The notes: generated by a model not told the origin, from the sequence alone. 64,000 nt of DNA from Candidatus Micrarchaeota archaeon (GCA_026413765.1 JAOAKI010000014.1:38896-102895); one strand, 5' to 3'; shown: positions 18,640-28,494, numbered from the stretch's first letter. Numbers and translations are program-made.

Positions 18640-18941
18640 AATCCACATTCATCAAGGCCAAGCCAGCATCGATCGTCCTTCTGCTGAAAGACACAAACCA
18701 AGTCTGGTACCCTTCAAAGCTTGCAAGAGGTGCAAACTGCTCTTATGTCTATGTGGTCTCTGTTCTTCAGAAGCTTTCAAAATTCGGCGTTGTGGCGGCT
18801 GAAAAGAAAGGGAAGCAGAAGTATTATCGGCTGACAGAAAAAGGTCTGCAGCTTGCACTCCTTCTGGACGAATTTGTCAAAAGGTGCGATTCGATCAGCG
18901 CAGAAGCCAAGCCTTCGCAGCCTTCCGCGCAGCAGCAATAG
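18636..18941 (+). CDS. small winged-helix transcriptional regulator
   Basis: ATGA start/stop overlap with pyrI; ~100 aa with an HTH-like YVYVVSVLQKLSKFGVVAAEKKGKQKYYRLTEKG; the longer track ORF 18519.. overlaps pyrI out of frame and is rejected. Confidence 0.45.
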   Translation: MKSTFIKAKPASIVLLLKDTNQVWYPSKLARGANCSYVYVVSVLQKLSKFGVVAAEKKGKQKYYRLTEKGLQLALLLDEFVKRCDSISAEAKPSQPSAQQQ

Positions 18942-18982
18942 GGCACATAAGCAGCTTTTTATATTTTGTTTTTGTTCAGAAT

Positions 18983-19486
18983 TTGGGTGGTTGTTTGCCA
19001 GCTATAAAACAGCAGCCTCCTGCTGAACAGTCATTGCTGTCTTTCATTCCTCAAGGGCTGCCTCGCACTGCAGCAGAGTATCTTGTCTCAGGCGCGATTG
19101 GCGGATTGGTTTATTTTGGCTTTTTCATCCTTGTCTTGGGTCTGCTCTTCTTCATTAAGGACAATAACATGGCGTTAATTTTTCTTCCCTTGACTTGCGT
19201 CATTCCTCCTCTGACAGGGGCACTTTCAGCACTTGTGTTTGAGCGCGTAAGGAACAGGCCTCTTTCGCTCAAGTCTGCTGCAGCTGTCGGCGCGATTGCT
19301 GGGCTGCTTGGCTCTTCAATTTCGTCGCTCGTGGCGCTTCTTGCAAGCTTTTTTGCCCCGCCAAATTCTGTTTTCAGCCTTTTGCAGCCTCTGCTGTTGT
19401 TTGTCGCCCTTGCAGTTTTGGCTGTCGTTGACAGCATTCTTGCTGCGTTGGGAGCAGCAGTAGTTGCGCATATCACAAAATCGTAA
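18983..19486 (+). CDS. polytopic membrane protein (start uncertain, TTG proposed)
   Basis: Several hydrophobic helices; the first in-frame ATG (19169) would cut a predicted TM helix, so a TTG at 18983 or 18995 is more plausible. Confidence 0.3.
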   Translation: MGGCLPAIKQQPPAEQSLLSFIPQGLPRTAAEYLVSGAIGGLVYFGFFILVLGLLFFIKDNNMALIFLPLTCVIPPLTGALSALVFERVRNRPLSLKSAAAVGAIAGLLGSSISSLVALLASFFAPPNSVFSLLQPLLLFVALAVLAVVDSILAALGAAVVAHITKS

Positions 19487-19490
19487 TTTT

Positions 19491-20483
19491 ATGTCTCTTT
19501 TGCAGGATTTCCAAAACAGCGTTGGCAGCTTTGACATAGCAATAATCGCCGCTACGATCTCAATACTTTTAGGCGGCATTCTTTTTGGCGTCGGCTTGGG
19601 CTTTGGCGTAAGGAGGCTGAGGCTCCTTGGAGCAGAAGAGATTGCGCAAGGCATAATTTCCGCAGCAATGCTTGGCGCGATAATCTCTTTTGCAGCCTTG
19701 CTGAGCTCTGCAACTTCTTCAATAGTTCCTGCGCACAACATTCCCCAATGCGCGCAAGTGGAAAAGCCAACAAGCTCGCCTTTCTCCTATTATGCTTGCT
19801 TCCTTTCCGCATACTCCAGCTCGTTCAACCGCCTTGCGATACACATTTCCAGGTCTTCAGAGATAGCAGGCATGGTCGGGACGCTGAACATCAAAATAGC
19901 AGAAACATCTTTTGCGCCTTTCTTTGCGCTTTCTTCCTATTCGCAGCAGCTTTCGTCATTGGCGTTCGAAATGCATTCGCTTTCTGCTCTCGCCATACTT
20001 GAGCTTGAGGTTGCCTTTGCAATAAAAGATTCCGCGCTGGCTTTCTTTTTGCCGGCAGGCCTAATATTGAGATCTTTTTTTGCCACGCGAAAATTAGGCG
20101 CAGCGGTGATGGCGATCGCAGTTTCCGCCTATCTTGTCTATCCTTTGCTGTTCTTGCATGCCTTCCAGTCAAGCAAAGTTCTTGACGCATCAAAAGAAGC
20201 CCTCGAATACACCGAGCGCTTCAACCAAACCTTTGCTTCAATCCCACTACTTGATTTTGACTCGCCAGGTCAAGTCAAGGCAAAGATTGGCCAGATGGCG
20301 CAGCAGGACTTTTCAGACGCTCTCCAGCCGATTTTTTCAACCACCTTGAGGGCAATCAGCCTCGCAAAGACCGACCTCATAATCTACCCACTCGTTTCTA
20401 TCCTGGTCTCCGCGGTTGCGGCAATCGAATTCTATCGCATATTTTCTGCCACCGTCTTCCTCTCATTCATCGATTCAATATAG
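19491..20483 (+). CDS. polytopic membrane protein, unknown function
   Basis: Start MSLLQDFQ directly after the upstream stop; about 7 hydrophobic segments. Confidence 0.4.
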   Translation: MSLLQDFQNSVGSFDIAIIAATISILLGGILFGVGLGFGVRRLRLLGAEEIAQGIISAAMLGAIISFAALLSSATSSIVPAHNIPQCAQVEKPTSSPFSYYACFLSAYSSSFNRLAIHISRSSEIAGMVGTLNIKIAETSFAPFFALSSYSQQLSSLAFEMHSLSALAILELEVAFAIKDSALAFFLPAGLILRSFFATRKLGAAVMAIAVSAYLVYPLLFLHAFQSSKVLDASKEALEYTERFNQTFASIPLLDFDSPGQVKAKIGQMAQQDFSDALQPIFSTTLRAISLAKTDLIIYPLVSILVSAVAAIEFYRIFSATVFLSFIDSI

Positions 20484-20551
20484 TCCAAAAGGAACTTTCT
20501 GTTTCAAATGGCACACAGCTCTTTTAAACCCGCTCTAGCAGTGTTCTTGGC

Positions 20552-21001
20552 TTGACGGAGGTGCAAGCAATGGCTCAAATGCAGCAGGCTATGCAACAAA
20601 CATTCTTGGTCGTAACCAGATTTAAAAGCAGCAATTATGCCGAATTCAGGTTCTTCTTGTCTGAAAGAAAAGACCCCGGCATGTGGCTGGTCAAAGAAGG
20701 GCAGCTGGTGTACTCTGCGCCACTTCCCTTGGCCATCAGTAAGCTCCTTCCAAAGCCGAAAGGACTTTATTTGATGGGAACAGCCGACTTTCGCCTAGAT
20801 GGCAACGGAAACGCGTTCTTGGAATACATCGGGCAAAACTTGTTTTACAGGGGAGAAAGCAAAGATTCTGCCATCAAGGCGCTTACGCTCGAAAAGATGA
20901 TGCTTGATTTTGCAAAAGACAACTTGAGGAAAAACGGCACTCAAAAATTCGGAGTGGCATTCGACAAAGAGAATCCAATAGTTGAGCCCGCCATCCTTTA
21001 G
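20552..21001 (+). CDS. hypothetical protein
   Basis: 149-aa ORF with no recognised motif. Confidence 0.35.
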   Translation: MTEVQAMAQMQQAMQQTFLVVTRFKSSNYAEFRFFLSERKDPGMWLVKEGQLVYSAPLPLAISKLLPKPKGLYLMGTADFRLDGNGNAFLEYIGQNLFYRGESKDSAIKALTLEKMMLDFAKDNLRKNGTQKFGVAFDKENPIVEPAIL

Positions 21002-21543
21002 AAGCTTTTTTCAATAAGCGAAAGCGCCCGCCTTATTTTTTCGAATGCGGCATCAAATCTCTGCCTATACACGTAAGCAAGCCCCTCAGCCAGATCGTCA
21101 TTTTCCTGCATAGGCGAAAGCACAAACCTGTAGCGCCTCTTTTTTTGCTCAATTATCCCAAGCCTCTTGAGCTGCAGCAAATGGTATCTAATAGCTTTCG
21201 GATTCGGCTCCTCCTTTTTTATTTGCCGGACCTTCTCGATTATCTGGTGGATATCTGGGTCGCCGTGGGTCTCCCTTTTTTTGTAATGGAAAAACAGCAG
21301 AGCCTCAAGGACTTCCAGCAGCCCGGTTCTGGATTCGTTTGGATAGATAAGCCCAAGCGAGAGCGCCAAATATCGGATGAGGCCCTTGCGCGTCAATTTC
21401 AATTCTTCTGAGAACTGCAAGTCCCGCACGAGGCACTCTCCCCTGATCAGCTGCGCCTCTGGAATCTCCATAGATTTGCTGTGCGCGCCAAAAGTTAAAA
21501 ATTCCAACGTGAAAATTGCCTTATGCTCAATCCAGCCACGCAC
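20998..21543 (-). CDS. putative winged-helix DNA-binding protein
   Basis: HTH-like IRYHLLQLKRLGIIEQKKRRYRF near the C-terminus. Confidence 0.4.
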   Translation of the reverse strand: MRGWIEHKAIFTLEFLTFGAHSKSMEIPEAQLIRGECLVRDLQFSEELKLTRKGLIRYLALSLGLIYPNESRTGLLEVLEALLFFHYKKRETHGDPDIHQIIEKVRQIKKEEPNPKAIRYHLLQLKRLGIIEQKKRRYRFVLSPMQENDDLAEGLAYVYRQRFDAAFEKIRRALSLIEKSF

Positions 21544-21588
21544 TTTTATCCGATCCGACTGACAGCATACATAAGAAATGAGGTTGAG

Positions 21589-21885
21589 ATGGAAATAACC
21601 GTGCGCAATGAAGGCAATGAGCCAAGATGGGTAGAATGCGACATCTCTGTGCCAGAGGCGATCTCGCTTGCACCTGACAGGCAGCTTTCAAAGGGGCGCG
21701 TGCGTCTCGGGATTGCCCTCCCAAACGCGAAAGCCACCAAAAAGGTCAAAATCTACGGCGGGGCAGGCTCTTATCCTGACACTTACTCCATCAGGCTGAC
21801 TATCTATGGCTTTGGGATTGACGGCGCAATCGCAGAGCGCTATGACCTGAAAACCGAGCTTCGCTGCGAGAAGGCAGGAACTTGA
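21589..21885 (+). CDS. small beta-rich (CARDB/Ig-like?) protein without a signal peptide
   Basis: Start MEITVRNEGNEP preceded by GAGGT; the TVRNEGN motif is typical of CARDB-type folds. Confidence 0.35.
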   Translation: MEITVRNEGNEPRWVECDISVPEAISLAPDRQLSKGRVRLGIALPNAKATKKVKIYGGAGSYPDTYSIRLTIYGFGIDGAIAERYDLKTELRCEKAGT

Positions 21886-21890
21886 AGCTC

Positions 21891-22499
21891 TTATGCGATC
21901 TTTTTGGTCAGAAGCGGCTCAATATGCGCCAGCACATTCGCAAAAACTTCCTCTCTCGGCCGATCTCCTCTGATAACCGCCCAATTATAAGAAAGAAACC
22001 CTTCTCTTGCCATTCTCAGATAGTTTTTTCGCACAAAATGAAGAAACTCCAAATCTTTCTCATGCCTGTCTGGCTTCCTTTGCATGCTCTTCCTTTTCTT
22101 TGCGACTGTTGGTGGTATGTCCAGCAAGACAACCAAATCTGCGCTTTTTGCCCCCAACGCGCCTATCTTCTTCTTCAGCTTCGCATAGCCAATCTCAGCG
22201 CCTTGGTAGGCAAGAGTGGAATGCAGATATCTGTCGCAAATGACAACAAGGCCCTCTTTTATCTCCTTGTCTACTTTCGCCTGCTCTTGCATTATGTCGT
22301 TCGCAAAAACATCGGCCAGTTTTTGTGCCGGAACGTTTGCCTTGCCTGAAAGATGAGCAAAAGCTTCCTTAGCTTTCTTTGTGGGGTATTTGTGCAAGCG
22401 ATATCCTATTCGGTGCTGCTTGAGGTATTCTGCCAGCATCTTTATTTGCGCGCCTTTTCCCGAGCCATCAATGCCTTCAAACACCAAAAGCATGAGCAT
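21891..22499 (-). CDS. tmk: thymidylate kinase
   Basis: P-loop FEGIDGSGKG, DRY motif region (VICDRYLHS). Confidence 0.8.
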   Translation of the reverse strand: MLMLLVFEGIDGSGKGAQIKMLAEYLKQHRIGYRLHKYPTKKAKEAFAHLSGKANVPAQKLADVFANDIMQEQAKVDKEIKEGLVVICDRYLHSTLAYQGAEIGYAKLKKKIGALGAKSADLVVLLDIPPTVAKKRKSMQRKPDRHEKDLEFLHFVRKNYLRMAREGFLSYNWAVIRGDRPREEVFANVLAHIEPLLTKKIA

Positions 22500-22541
22500 T
22501 TCTTGCGCTCTAATTTTAAAGAGCTTCTGCATTTTTCATCC

Positions 22542-23504
22542 ATGGCATCCGTTCTCCTCACCGGCGCAAATGGCAGGCTAGGCTCTGCACTCTTGGTTGC
22601 GCTTGCCAAAAAAGGCTTCAAGGTTCGGCCAGTTTTGAGGGAGCAAAATCCATCTTACAGAAACGCAGTCGTCTGCGATCTTTCCCGCAGCCAGCTTTCG
22701 GAAGAGGACTTCAAAGGGATAGATTTTGTTGTCCATGCAGCAGGGCTGGTCGGGGACCACCCATACGACAAGCTTTTTTCCTCAAATGTGCTTACAACAA
22801 GGAACCTCCTTGCAAGCTGCCCATCAACAATAAAAAAGGCAGTCATTGCAAGCTCTATTTCGGTCTATGGGGATGCGCCGAAAGGAGGGCAGATTTCGGA
22901 ATCCTCTCCTTTGCGCCCAAAAACTCCTTATGGATTAAGCAAGCTTGCCGCAGAAAAGGAGGCTTTGAGCTATTGTGGCAAGTTCCCAATCGTTTTGCTT
23001 AGGATAGGCATGATTTATGGGCCTGGCTTTGAAGAAGGCTATTTCACTGTCCTGGACTTTCTTTCAAGGCGCAAGATGTTCTTCTTGGGAAAAGCCGACA
23101 ATAGAATTCCACTTGTGCACATATCCGACGTCTGCTCTGCATTTCTGTGCGCGCTTAAGGCAAAAACACCGCAGTGCGCCGCATACAACATAGTCGGAAA
23201 AGAGCAGATGACGCAAAAGCAAATTCTCCAGCTTGCATCCTTGCTGCTCGATGTCCCTCCACCTGCAAGGCACGTAAACCCTCATCTGCTTTCTGCCTCA
23301 GCCAAGCTTCTTTCCTTTTTTGGCAAAAAGCTTGATTTCGACTTGGAAAACATACGCCAGCTTTCCGCTGACCGCGCATTCCTCATCCAAAAAGCAAAAA
23401 AAGAGCTGAAATGGGCCCCAAAAGTTGCGCTTTCGAAAGGGATTGCAGAAATGATAAATATATATAAAGCCAAAAGGCATGCATTAAAGCAAGTGGTTTT
23501 GTGA
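22542..23504 (+). CDS. NAD-dependent epimerase/dehydratase family protein
   Basis: LLTGANGRLGSALL Rossmann motif, YGLSK catalytic motif. Confidence 0.75.
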   Translation: MASVLLTGANGRLGSALLVALAKKGFKVRPVLREQNPSYRNAVVCDLSRSQLSEEDFKGIDFVVHAAGLVGDHPYDKLFSSNVLTTRNLLASCPSTIKKAVIASSISVYGDAPKGGQISESSPLRPKTPYGLSKLAAEKEALSYCGKFPIVLLRIGMIYGPGFEEGYFTVLDFLSRRKMFFLGKADNRIPLVHISDVCSAFLCALKAKTPQCAAYNIVGKEQMTQKQILQLASLLLDVPPPARHVNPHLLSASAKLLSFFGKKLDFDLENIRQLSADRAFLIQKAKKELKWAPKVALSKGIAEMINIYKAKRHALKQVVL

Positions 23505-24277
23505 TAGGCAAAACTGAAAAATACATCAAAGAGGAGCTGGAACGCAAGGGCGCGCTCTTGTTTGCGCTGATAGACCCACTTGACTATGCCTCTGAGCAGC
23601 AGGCAGCCAAGACCGGCGTAAGCGCCGCAGAGGCAGGGGCAGACTTGATATTGGTTGGTGGAAGCATAGGCGCCCAAGGCGAACTTCTTGATGTGGTCTG
23701 CAAGCTTATAAAAGAAAAAGCAAGCGTTCCCGTTGTGCTTTTCCCTGGCAACATCGCGACAGTAAGCAAGTTTGCCGATGCAGTCTACTTCATGTCGTTG
23801 CTCAACAGCCGCAATCCATATTGGATCAGCCAAGCTCAAATGCTTGCGGCATTTTCAATCAAGAAGCTCGGATTAGAAGCCCTGCCAGTAGGCTATATAG
23901 TGGTTGAGCCAGGCGGAACAGTGGGCTTCGTTGGAGACGCCAACCTTGTGCCGCGCGACAGGCCGCATATAGCTGCCGCATTGGCCCTCTCTGCCCAGCT
24001 TTCAGGCCATCGTTTTGTGCTGACCGACTGCGGCAGCAATCCGCGCACAGGCCATATGCCGCTTGAGATGGTTCGAGCAGTCGCAAGCAACATCTCAATA
24101 CCTTATATTGTCGGCGGCGGCGTCCGCACTCCCAAAGAAGCGTCATCAATCGTTTTGGCTGGGGCAGACGCAATTCAGGTGGGCACCGCAATCCAGAAAG
24201 GCAACCCAGAAGCCAAAATTAAGCAGCTTTCATCTGCAATCCATGAAGCAGGCAAGAAAAAGCGAAAATCTTTTTGA
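23501..24277 (+). CDS. geranylgeranylglyceryl phosphate synthase (PcrB/GGGPS family)
   Basis: TIM-barrel family signature (ADLILVGGS.., GGGVRTP..); ATGA-type overlap with the upstream gene. Confidence 0.75.
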   Translation: MIGKTEKYIKEELERKGALLFALIDPLDYASEQQAAKTGVSAAEAGADLILVGGSIGAQGELLDVVCKLIKEKASVPVVLFPGNIATVSKFADAVYFMSLLNSRNPYWISQAQMLAAFSIKKLGLEALPVGYIVVEPGGTVGFVGDANLVPRDRPHIAAALALSAQLSGHRFVLTDCGSNPRTGHMPLEMVRAVASNISIPYIVGGGVRTPKEASSIVLAGADAIQVGTAIQKGNPEAKIKQLSSAIHEAGKKKRKSF

Positions 24278-24304
24278 CTTAAGGCGACAAAAGAGGCAGC
24301 CGCT

Positions 24305-24919
24305 ATGCAGAAGATAGAATTCAAAAGCCTGTCCTTCCTTGTATATCCTGGCGTCTATTTGCCAGCCGAGGACTCTTTTTTGCTTGCAACTTACGCCTCA
24401 GCTATAGTTGGAGGAAAAAGGATCCTTGACATGGGCTGCGGATGCGGAATTGCGGCACTTGCTGCTGCAGCTGCCGACCGCAATAACATTGTCATCGGAG
24501 CGGACATAAGCCCGCAAGCAGTGGCATGCAGCAGAGAGAATGCCAAAAACAACAGCCTGGCAAACTGCTCATTTTTTGTTTCAGACCTTTTCAGCTTTCT
24601 GCCAAAATCTTCGTTTGATGTTGCACTTTTCAATCCACCCTACCTTCCGACATCTGCCAGCGAAAAGCTCAAAGGCGCAGAGAATTTTTTTTATGACGGC
24701 GGAAAAGACGGGCTTAGGACAATTCGAAAATTTGTCAGAGGGCTCAATGCATTCCTTGCACCGAAAGGAAAAGTCGCAGTAGTCGCAAGCTCACTTTCTG
24801 ATGGGATATCAAAAACAAAGGAGCTGCTTGAAAGCAAAATAGGCCCAGCCAAGATTGTTTCCCAAGAGTCTTTCTTTTTTGAGAAGATTGCCCTCTTGGA
24901 GGCGACTAAGCATGCCTAA
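24305..24919 (+). CDS. N5-glutamine methyltransferase (Mtq2/PrmC/HemK-like)
   Basis: SAM motif ILDMGCGCGIAAL and NPPY motif (FNPPYLPT). Confidence 0.7.
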   Translation: MQKIEFKSLSFLVYPGVYLPAEDSFLLATYASAIVGGKRILDMGCGCGIAALAAAAADRNNIVIGADISPQAVACSRENAKNNSLANCSFFVSDLFSFLPKSSFDVALFNPPYLPTSASEKLKGAENFFYDGGKDGLRTIRKFVRGLNAFLAPKGKVAVVASSLSDGISKTKELLESKIGPAKIVSQESFFFEKIALLEATKHA

Positions 24920-25628
24920 TCCTTACCAGAGATTCAGGGTTGTTCTTGTCGAGCCGCAATACGAGATAAACGTTGGCGCAGTTGCCCGTGCAATGAAAAA
25001 TTTCGGCTTTTCAGAGCTTTTCTTAGTGAATCCAAAATGCGACCACCTCGGCATAGAAGCAATAAAGCATTCAAAGCACGCATCCGAAATCCTTGAAAAT
25101 GCGTCGGTTTGCAGCTCACTTGCACAAGCCACAAAAGGCTGCGATCTGGTTGTCGGGACAACAGGTGTTCTCTACAGGCATTGGCACAAGACTTTCCGTT
25201 TCCCAATCTCAATAAAGCAGCTCAAAAGCAAAATCAAGCAAAGCAAAAAAAGAAAAATTGCCCTTCTTTTCGGGAACGAGGGCACCGGCCTTTCTGAAGA
25301 GCATATATCTTCATGCGATTTGCTGGCAACAATCCCTTCCAACCCTGCCTATCCTGTCTTGAACCTTTCGCATGCGGCAGCAATTGTGCTTTATGAGCTT
25401 TCCGACCTTCCTTTGCAAAGCTTTTTGCCGGCGCAGAAGGGGTCAAAAGAGCAGCTGCTTGGCGCTTTTTTCAGCCTCGTTGACAGATATGCGCGCCAAC
25501 TGCGGAACCCAAACAAAACAAAAGTAGCTTTCAGGCGGCTAGTTGGGAAATCAATGCTTGCTGAAAAGGAATGCGCCACCCTGCTGGGCGTGCTGCGCAG
25601 AGCGCTGCGCGAACTTGAAAGCAAATGA
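24912..25628 (+). CDS. SpoU/TrmH-family RNA 2'-O-methyltransferase
   Basis: LLFGNEGTGLSEE and the IPS..LNLSHAAAIVLYE motifs; start overlaps the upstream stop by 8 nt. Confidence 0.7.
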   Translation: MPNPYQRFRVVLVEPQYEINVGAVARAMKNFGFSELFLVNPKCDHLGIEAIKHSKHASEILENASVCSSLAQATKGCDLVVGTTGVLYRHWHKTFRFPISIKQLKSKIKQSKKRKIALLFGNEGTGLSEEHISSCDLLATIPSNPAYPVLNLSHAAAIVLYELSDLPLQSFLPAQKGSKEQLLGAFFSLVDRYARQLRNPNKTKVAFRRLVGKSMLAEKECATLLGVLRRALRELESK

Positions 25629-25631
25629 ACA

Positions 25632-25997
25632 CTACTTTTTCTTGCTTTTCACAATCTTTACTTTCGAAGGAGTCAAGAGTATTTTGTCGTTGTCAATCCT
25701 GGCAATGTCTCCATTTATTTTTGTGATATGCATCTTTATGTTGTCGATAATCTGCCTCAGCTTGTTTGGCTGCTTGCTCATCGGGCTGACATTCAAAAGG
25801 ATTATGTTCTTTGCCTTAAGCTCCTCCATTATTATATTCACGTCGTTTTCGCTCTCAAGAGCAATTGGCTTTACATAGAAATCAGCAGCCTCGTGAAGGA
25901 CATCGACATTTTCCATCTCAACAGCATTCATGTATTCCTCAAGGTTTATTTCCTTGTTTAATCCAATGCTTTTAGTTATCTTTTCAAGTATGCCCAT
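25632..25997 (-). CDS. sepF: SepF-like cell-division protein (DUF552)
   Basis: ..IILLNVSPM..LRQIIDNIKMHITKINGDIARIDNDKILLTP matches the SepF core (..NL..l..rRiiDf..G...a..G.i..i...vfLltP). Confidence 0.55.
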   Translation of the reverse strand: MGILEKITKSIGLNKEINLEEYMNAVEMENVDVLHEAADFYVKPIALESENDVNIIMEELKAKNIILLNVSPMSKQPNKLRQIIDNIKMHITKINGDIARIDNDKILLTPSKVKIVKSKKK

Positions 25998-26140
25998 CCT
26001 CTCACCTCAAATTGTCGGCACCTTCCTTATTCGAAGTATAGCTTAATAAGGCTTATTATTCTCTGCCTTTTCCCCCTTTAAAATCTTTTATGCTTTTTTG
26101 CTGTATTTACCAACCAAAAGCAGGTGTAGGCGTGTGCAGC

Positions 26141-27367
26141 ATGTCAAAATCATTTTCAGAAATCCTTTCTAAGCCCACAGTCTTTGCGGACAGGAACGTG
26201 CTTTCTCCGCATTATGTGCCCGAGGTTCTGCCCTTCAGGGAAGGGGAAATATTAAAGATTATGGAAGGGCTTTCGCCAGTGTTCAACAACCAAAGGCCGC
26301 GCAACATGTTCATCTACGGGAAAACAGGCACAGGCAAGACGGCATCAGTCAAGCACGTCATCTCAAAGTTCGAGTCTTACAACCAGCAACAATCCAGCGT
26401 GGTGGCAAAAGCAGTGTATGTCAATTGCAGGATGTACAATTCGCGCTATCGAGTTGTGCAGAAGATAACCAAAGAGCTTCTGCCAGATGTGGATTCAATG
26501 GGCTTTGGGCTGGCTCTGCTTTACGAAAAAATGAAAGAGGAGATAATGCGGCGCAAGATGCACCTGGTAGTTGTCCTTGACGAGGTTGACATGGTCAAAG
26601 ACCTGGACGACCTCCTTTACACACTGACTCGCTCAAACGATGAGCTTCAGTCAGGCAGCGTGTCAATCATCGGAATATCCAACAAGCTCTCCTTCAAGGA
26701 CCAGCTTGACCCGCGCTCAAAAAGCTCTCTTTGCGAAAATGAATTCGTTTTCCCAACATATACTGCCCCTCAGCTCCAGGAAATCCTTGCGCAGAGGGCA
26801 AAGCTAGGGTTCAAGGAAGGCGCTATCGAAGAGCCTGCAATAAACCTCATCGCAGCCATCACAGCGCAGGAATCAGGAGATGCCCGCTATGCATTGCGGC
26901 TGCTGATTAAGTCCGGGGAAATCGCAGATGAGAAAGGCGCCACAAAAATAACAGACAGAGAGGTCGAAGAAGCCCGCCGCTCAGTTGATAGGGATGTTGC
27001 TTTCGATGCAATCTGCACCCTTCCTGACCACCAGCAGCTGGTGCTGCTTGCGATCGCCAACCTCTCCCTTGACAAAAGCAAAATCAGCCGCTTGGGCGAA
27101 AAAGACCAGGAGGACGACTTTTTCCTTACCTCTGGCGAAGTTTATGAGGAGTATTGCAAGGTCGCCCGCAAGCACCGCAAGCCGCGCCGCTCTGCAAGAT
27201 GGTACCGCGAGTACTTAAACGACCTCGAGATGCTGGGTCTCATTACTACTGTTGAATCGGGAGCAGGAATGCGCGGGAGGACGCGCTTGATACGTATAGG
27301 CTATCCGCCTTCTGACGTGAAAAAAATCATAGAGAAAAACTTCACAATCATCGAGGCAGGTGAATGA
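26141..27367 (+). CDS. cdc6: Orc1/Cdc6 replication initiator
   Basis: AAA+ Walker A YGKTGTGKTA, Walker B VVVLDEVD, C-terminal winged helix. Confidence 0.85.
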   Translation: MSKSFSEILSKPTVFADRNVLSPHYVPEVLPFREGEILKIMEGLSPVFNNQRPRNMFIYGKTGTGKTASVKHVISKFESYNQQQSSVVAKAVYVNCRMYNSRYRVVQKITKELLPDVDSMGFGLALLYEKMKEEIMRRKMHLVVVLDEVDMVKDLDDLLYTLTRSNDELQSGSVSIIGISNKLSFKDQLDPRSKSSLCENEFVFPTYTAPQLQEILAQRAKLGFKEGAIEEPAINLIAAITAQESGDARYALRLLIKSGEIADEKGATKITDREVEEARRSVDRDVAFDAICTLPDHQQLVLLAIANLSLDKSKISRLGEKDQEDDFFLTSGEVYEEYCKVARKHRKPRRSARWYREYLNDLEMLGLITTVESGAGMRGRTRLIRIGYPPSDVKKIIEKNFTIIEAGE

Positions 27368-27898
27368 ATGCAGTCTGCAGTAAAAAAATCGGCACTGGCG
27401 ATTTTTCATGCATTAAGGCTCAAAAGGCTGCCTCGCACAGGTTGGCTTGAGGCGATGGAATTGCCGGAATCGGTCGCAGACCACTCTTTTGGCGCAAGCT
27501 TCATCGCACTTGTGCTTTCGCGCATGGAAAAGCTGGACAAAAAAGAGGAAGCAGCGCTCCTGTCCAGCGTCCTGCTTCACGATCTGCACGAGGCGCTGAC
27601 GGGTGACCTGTCGCTTAGGCAAAAAAGCTATGTCTCTGCAGACTATAAAAAGGCGAAATCCGACATTCTCAGCGGCACCTTCCTGGCCAAAGACCCACAT
27701 TTGCCTCTGCAGCCAAAAATCATGCAGCTTTGCCATGATGCAGACAGACTTGACCTCCTTTTCCAGGCGCTAATCTACAGGCAGCTTGGAAAAAAGACCG
27801 ATTCTTTCATAAAAACAGCTCTTTCTGAGCTCAAATCAGCAAGCGCACGCAGGCTTGCAAGAGAAGCAGTCGCTCTTTCGGAAACTATTGGTCCATAA
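27368..27898 (+). CDS. HD-domain phosphohydrolase (YfbR-like 5'-deoxynucleotidase family)
   Basis: RLPRTGW..ESVADHS..HDLHEALTGD; the start ATG immediately follows the cdc6 stop. Confidence 0.7.
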   Translation: MQSAVKKSALAIFHALRLKRLPRTGWLEAMELPESVADHSFGASFIALVLSRMEKLDKKEEAALLSSVLLHDLHEALTGDLSLRQKSYVSADYKKAKSDILSGTFLAKDPHLPLQPKIMQLCHDADRLDLLFQALIYRQLGKKTDSFIKTALSELKSASARRLAREAVALSETIGP

Positions 27899-28175
27899 GT
27901 TCAAGAGCTTTTTTTACCGACATTCCTTCCCTGATGCCCAAATCGTCTGCCCAGCTTGTGAAAGATTTTATCTTGGCTTTGAAAAATTCGTCAAAATTTT
28001 TTACCCCCGAGACAAATGCGGCAATGTCGCCATATTTCTCTGCTGCCTCTTTTGAGATGTAGCCGCAAGCCACATACCCTCTTTTTGCCTTCACAATCAG
28101 CAAAGGCACGTTGCCAAGCGGGAAACTCAACCCAACATATTCCCTGCCTTCAAAAACAAGCTTCTCCTCAGCCAT
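27885..28175 (-). CDS. conserved hypothetical protein (DUF1805/YunC-like?)
   Basis: 96-aa ORF; family assignment from memory only. Confidence 0.35.
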   Translation of the reverse strand: MAEEKLVFEGREYVGLSFPLGNVPLLIVKAKRGYVACGYISKEAAEKYGDIAAFVSGVKNFDEFFKAKIKSFTSWADDLGIREGMSVKKALELMDQ

Positions 28176-28194
28176 ATGACCCCTCCGGAATTGC

Positions 28195-28494
28195 CTACCA
28201 TCTTGGCCCGGAATTCCATCTGTCAGTTGGAGGTCTGAAATTTACGTTTCTGCTTGCTTGCAGAGCAGCTCTCTTTTTCAGCTTTTCAAATATTTTCCGA
28301 TGCTTGCCGCACGAAATGCAGTAATAGCTTTCTATGAACGTGGTGGCCTTCACGTCTTCATTGGTTTTCAGTTCGGTTGAGAAGACGTTCACCTTGCTGA
28401 ATTTGACTGCCTTGTCTTTAGGCATTGTCCTGCCGCACGCAGCACAAGTGACTAGCCTTTCCCTGCCTCTTTTCTTGCTTGCCATAAAACTCAC
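28195..28494 (-). CDS. rps26e: ribosomal protein S26e (tentative)
   Basis: C-x2-C..PKDKA...Y-C-x-S-C pattern (VTCAACGRTMPKDKAVKF..YYCISCGKH) as in S26e. Confidence 0.45.
   Translation of the reverse strand: MSFMASKKRGRERLVTCAACGRTMPKDKAVKFSKVNVFSTELKTNEDVKATTFIESYYCISCGKHRKIFEKLKKRAALQASRNVNFRPPTDRWNSGPRW

Noticed and set aside
18519-18941. Long version of the ORF after pyrI
   Set aside because: The first 39 codons overlap pyrI out of frame; the ATG at 18636 (ATGA overlap) gives a sensible ~100-aa wHTH protein.
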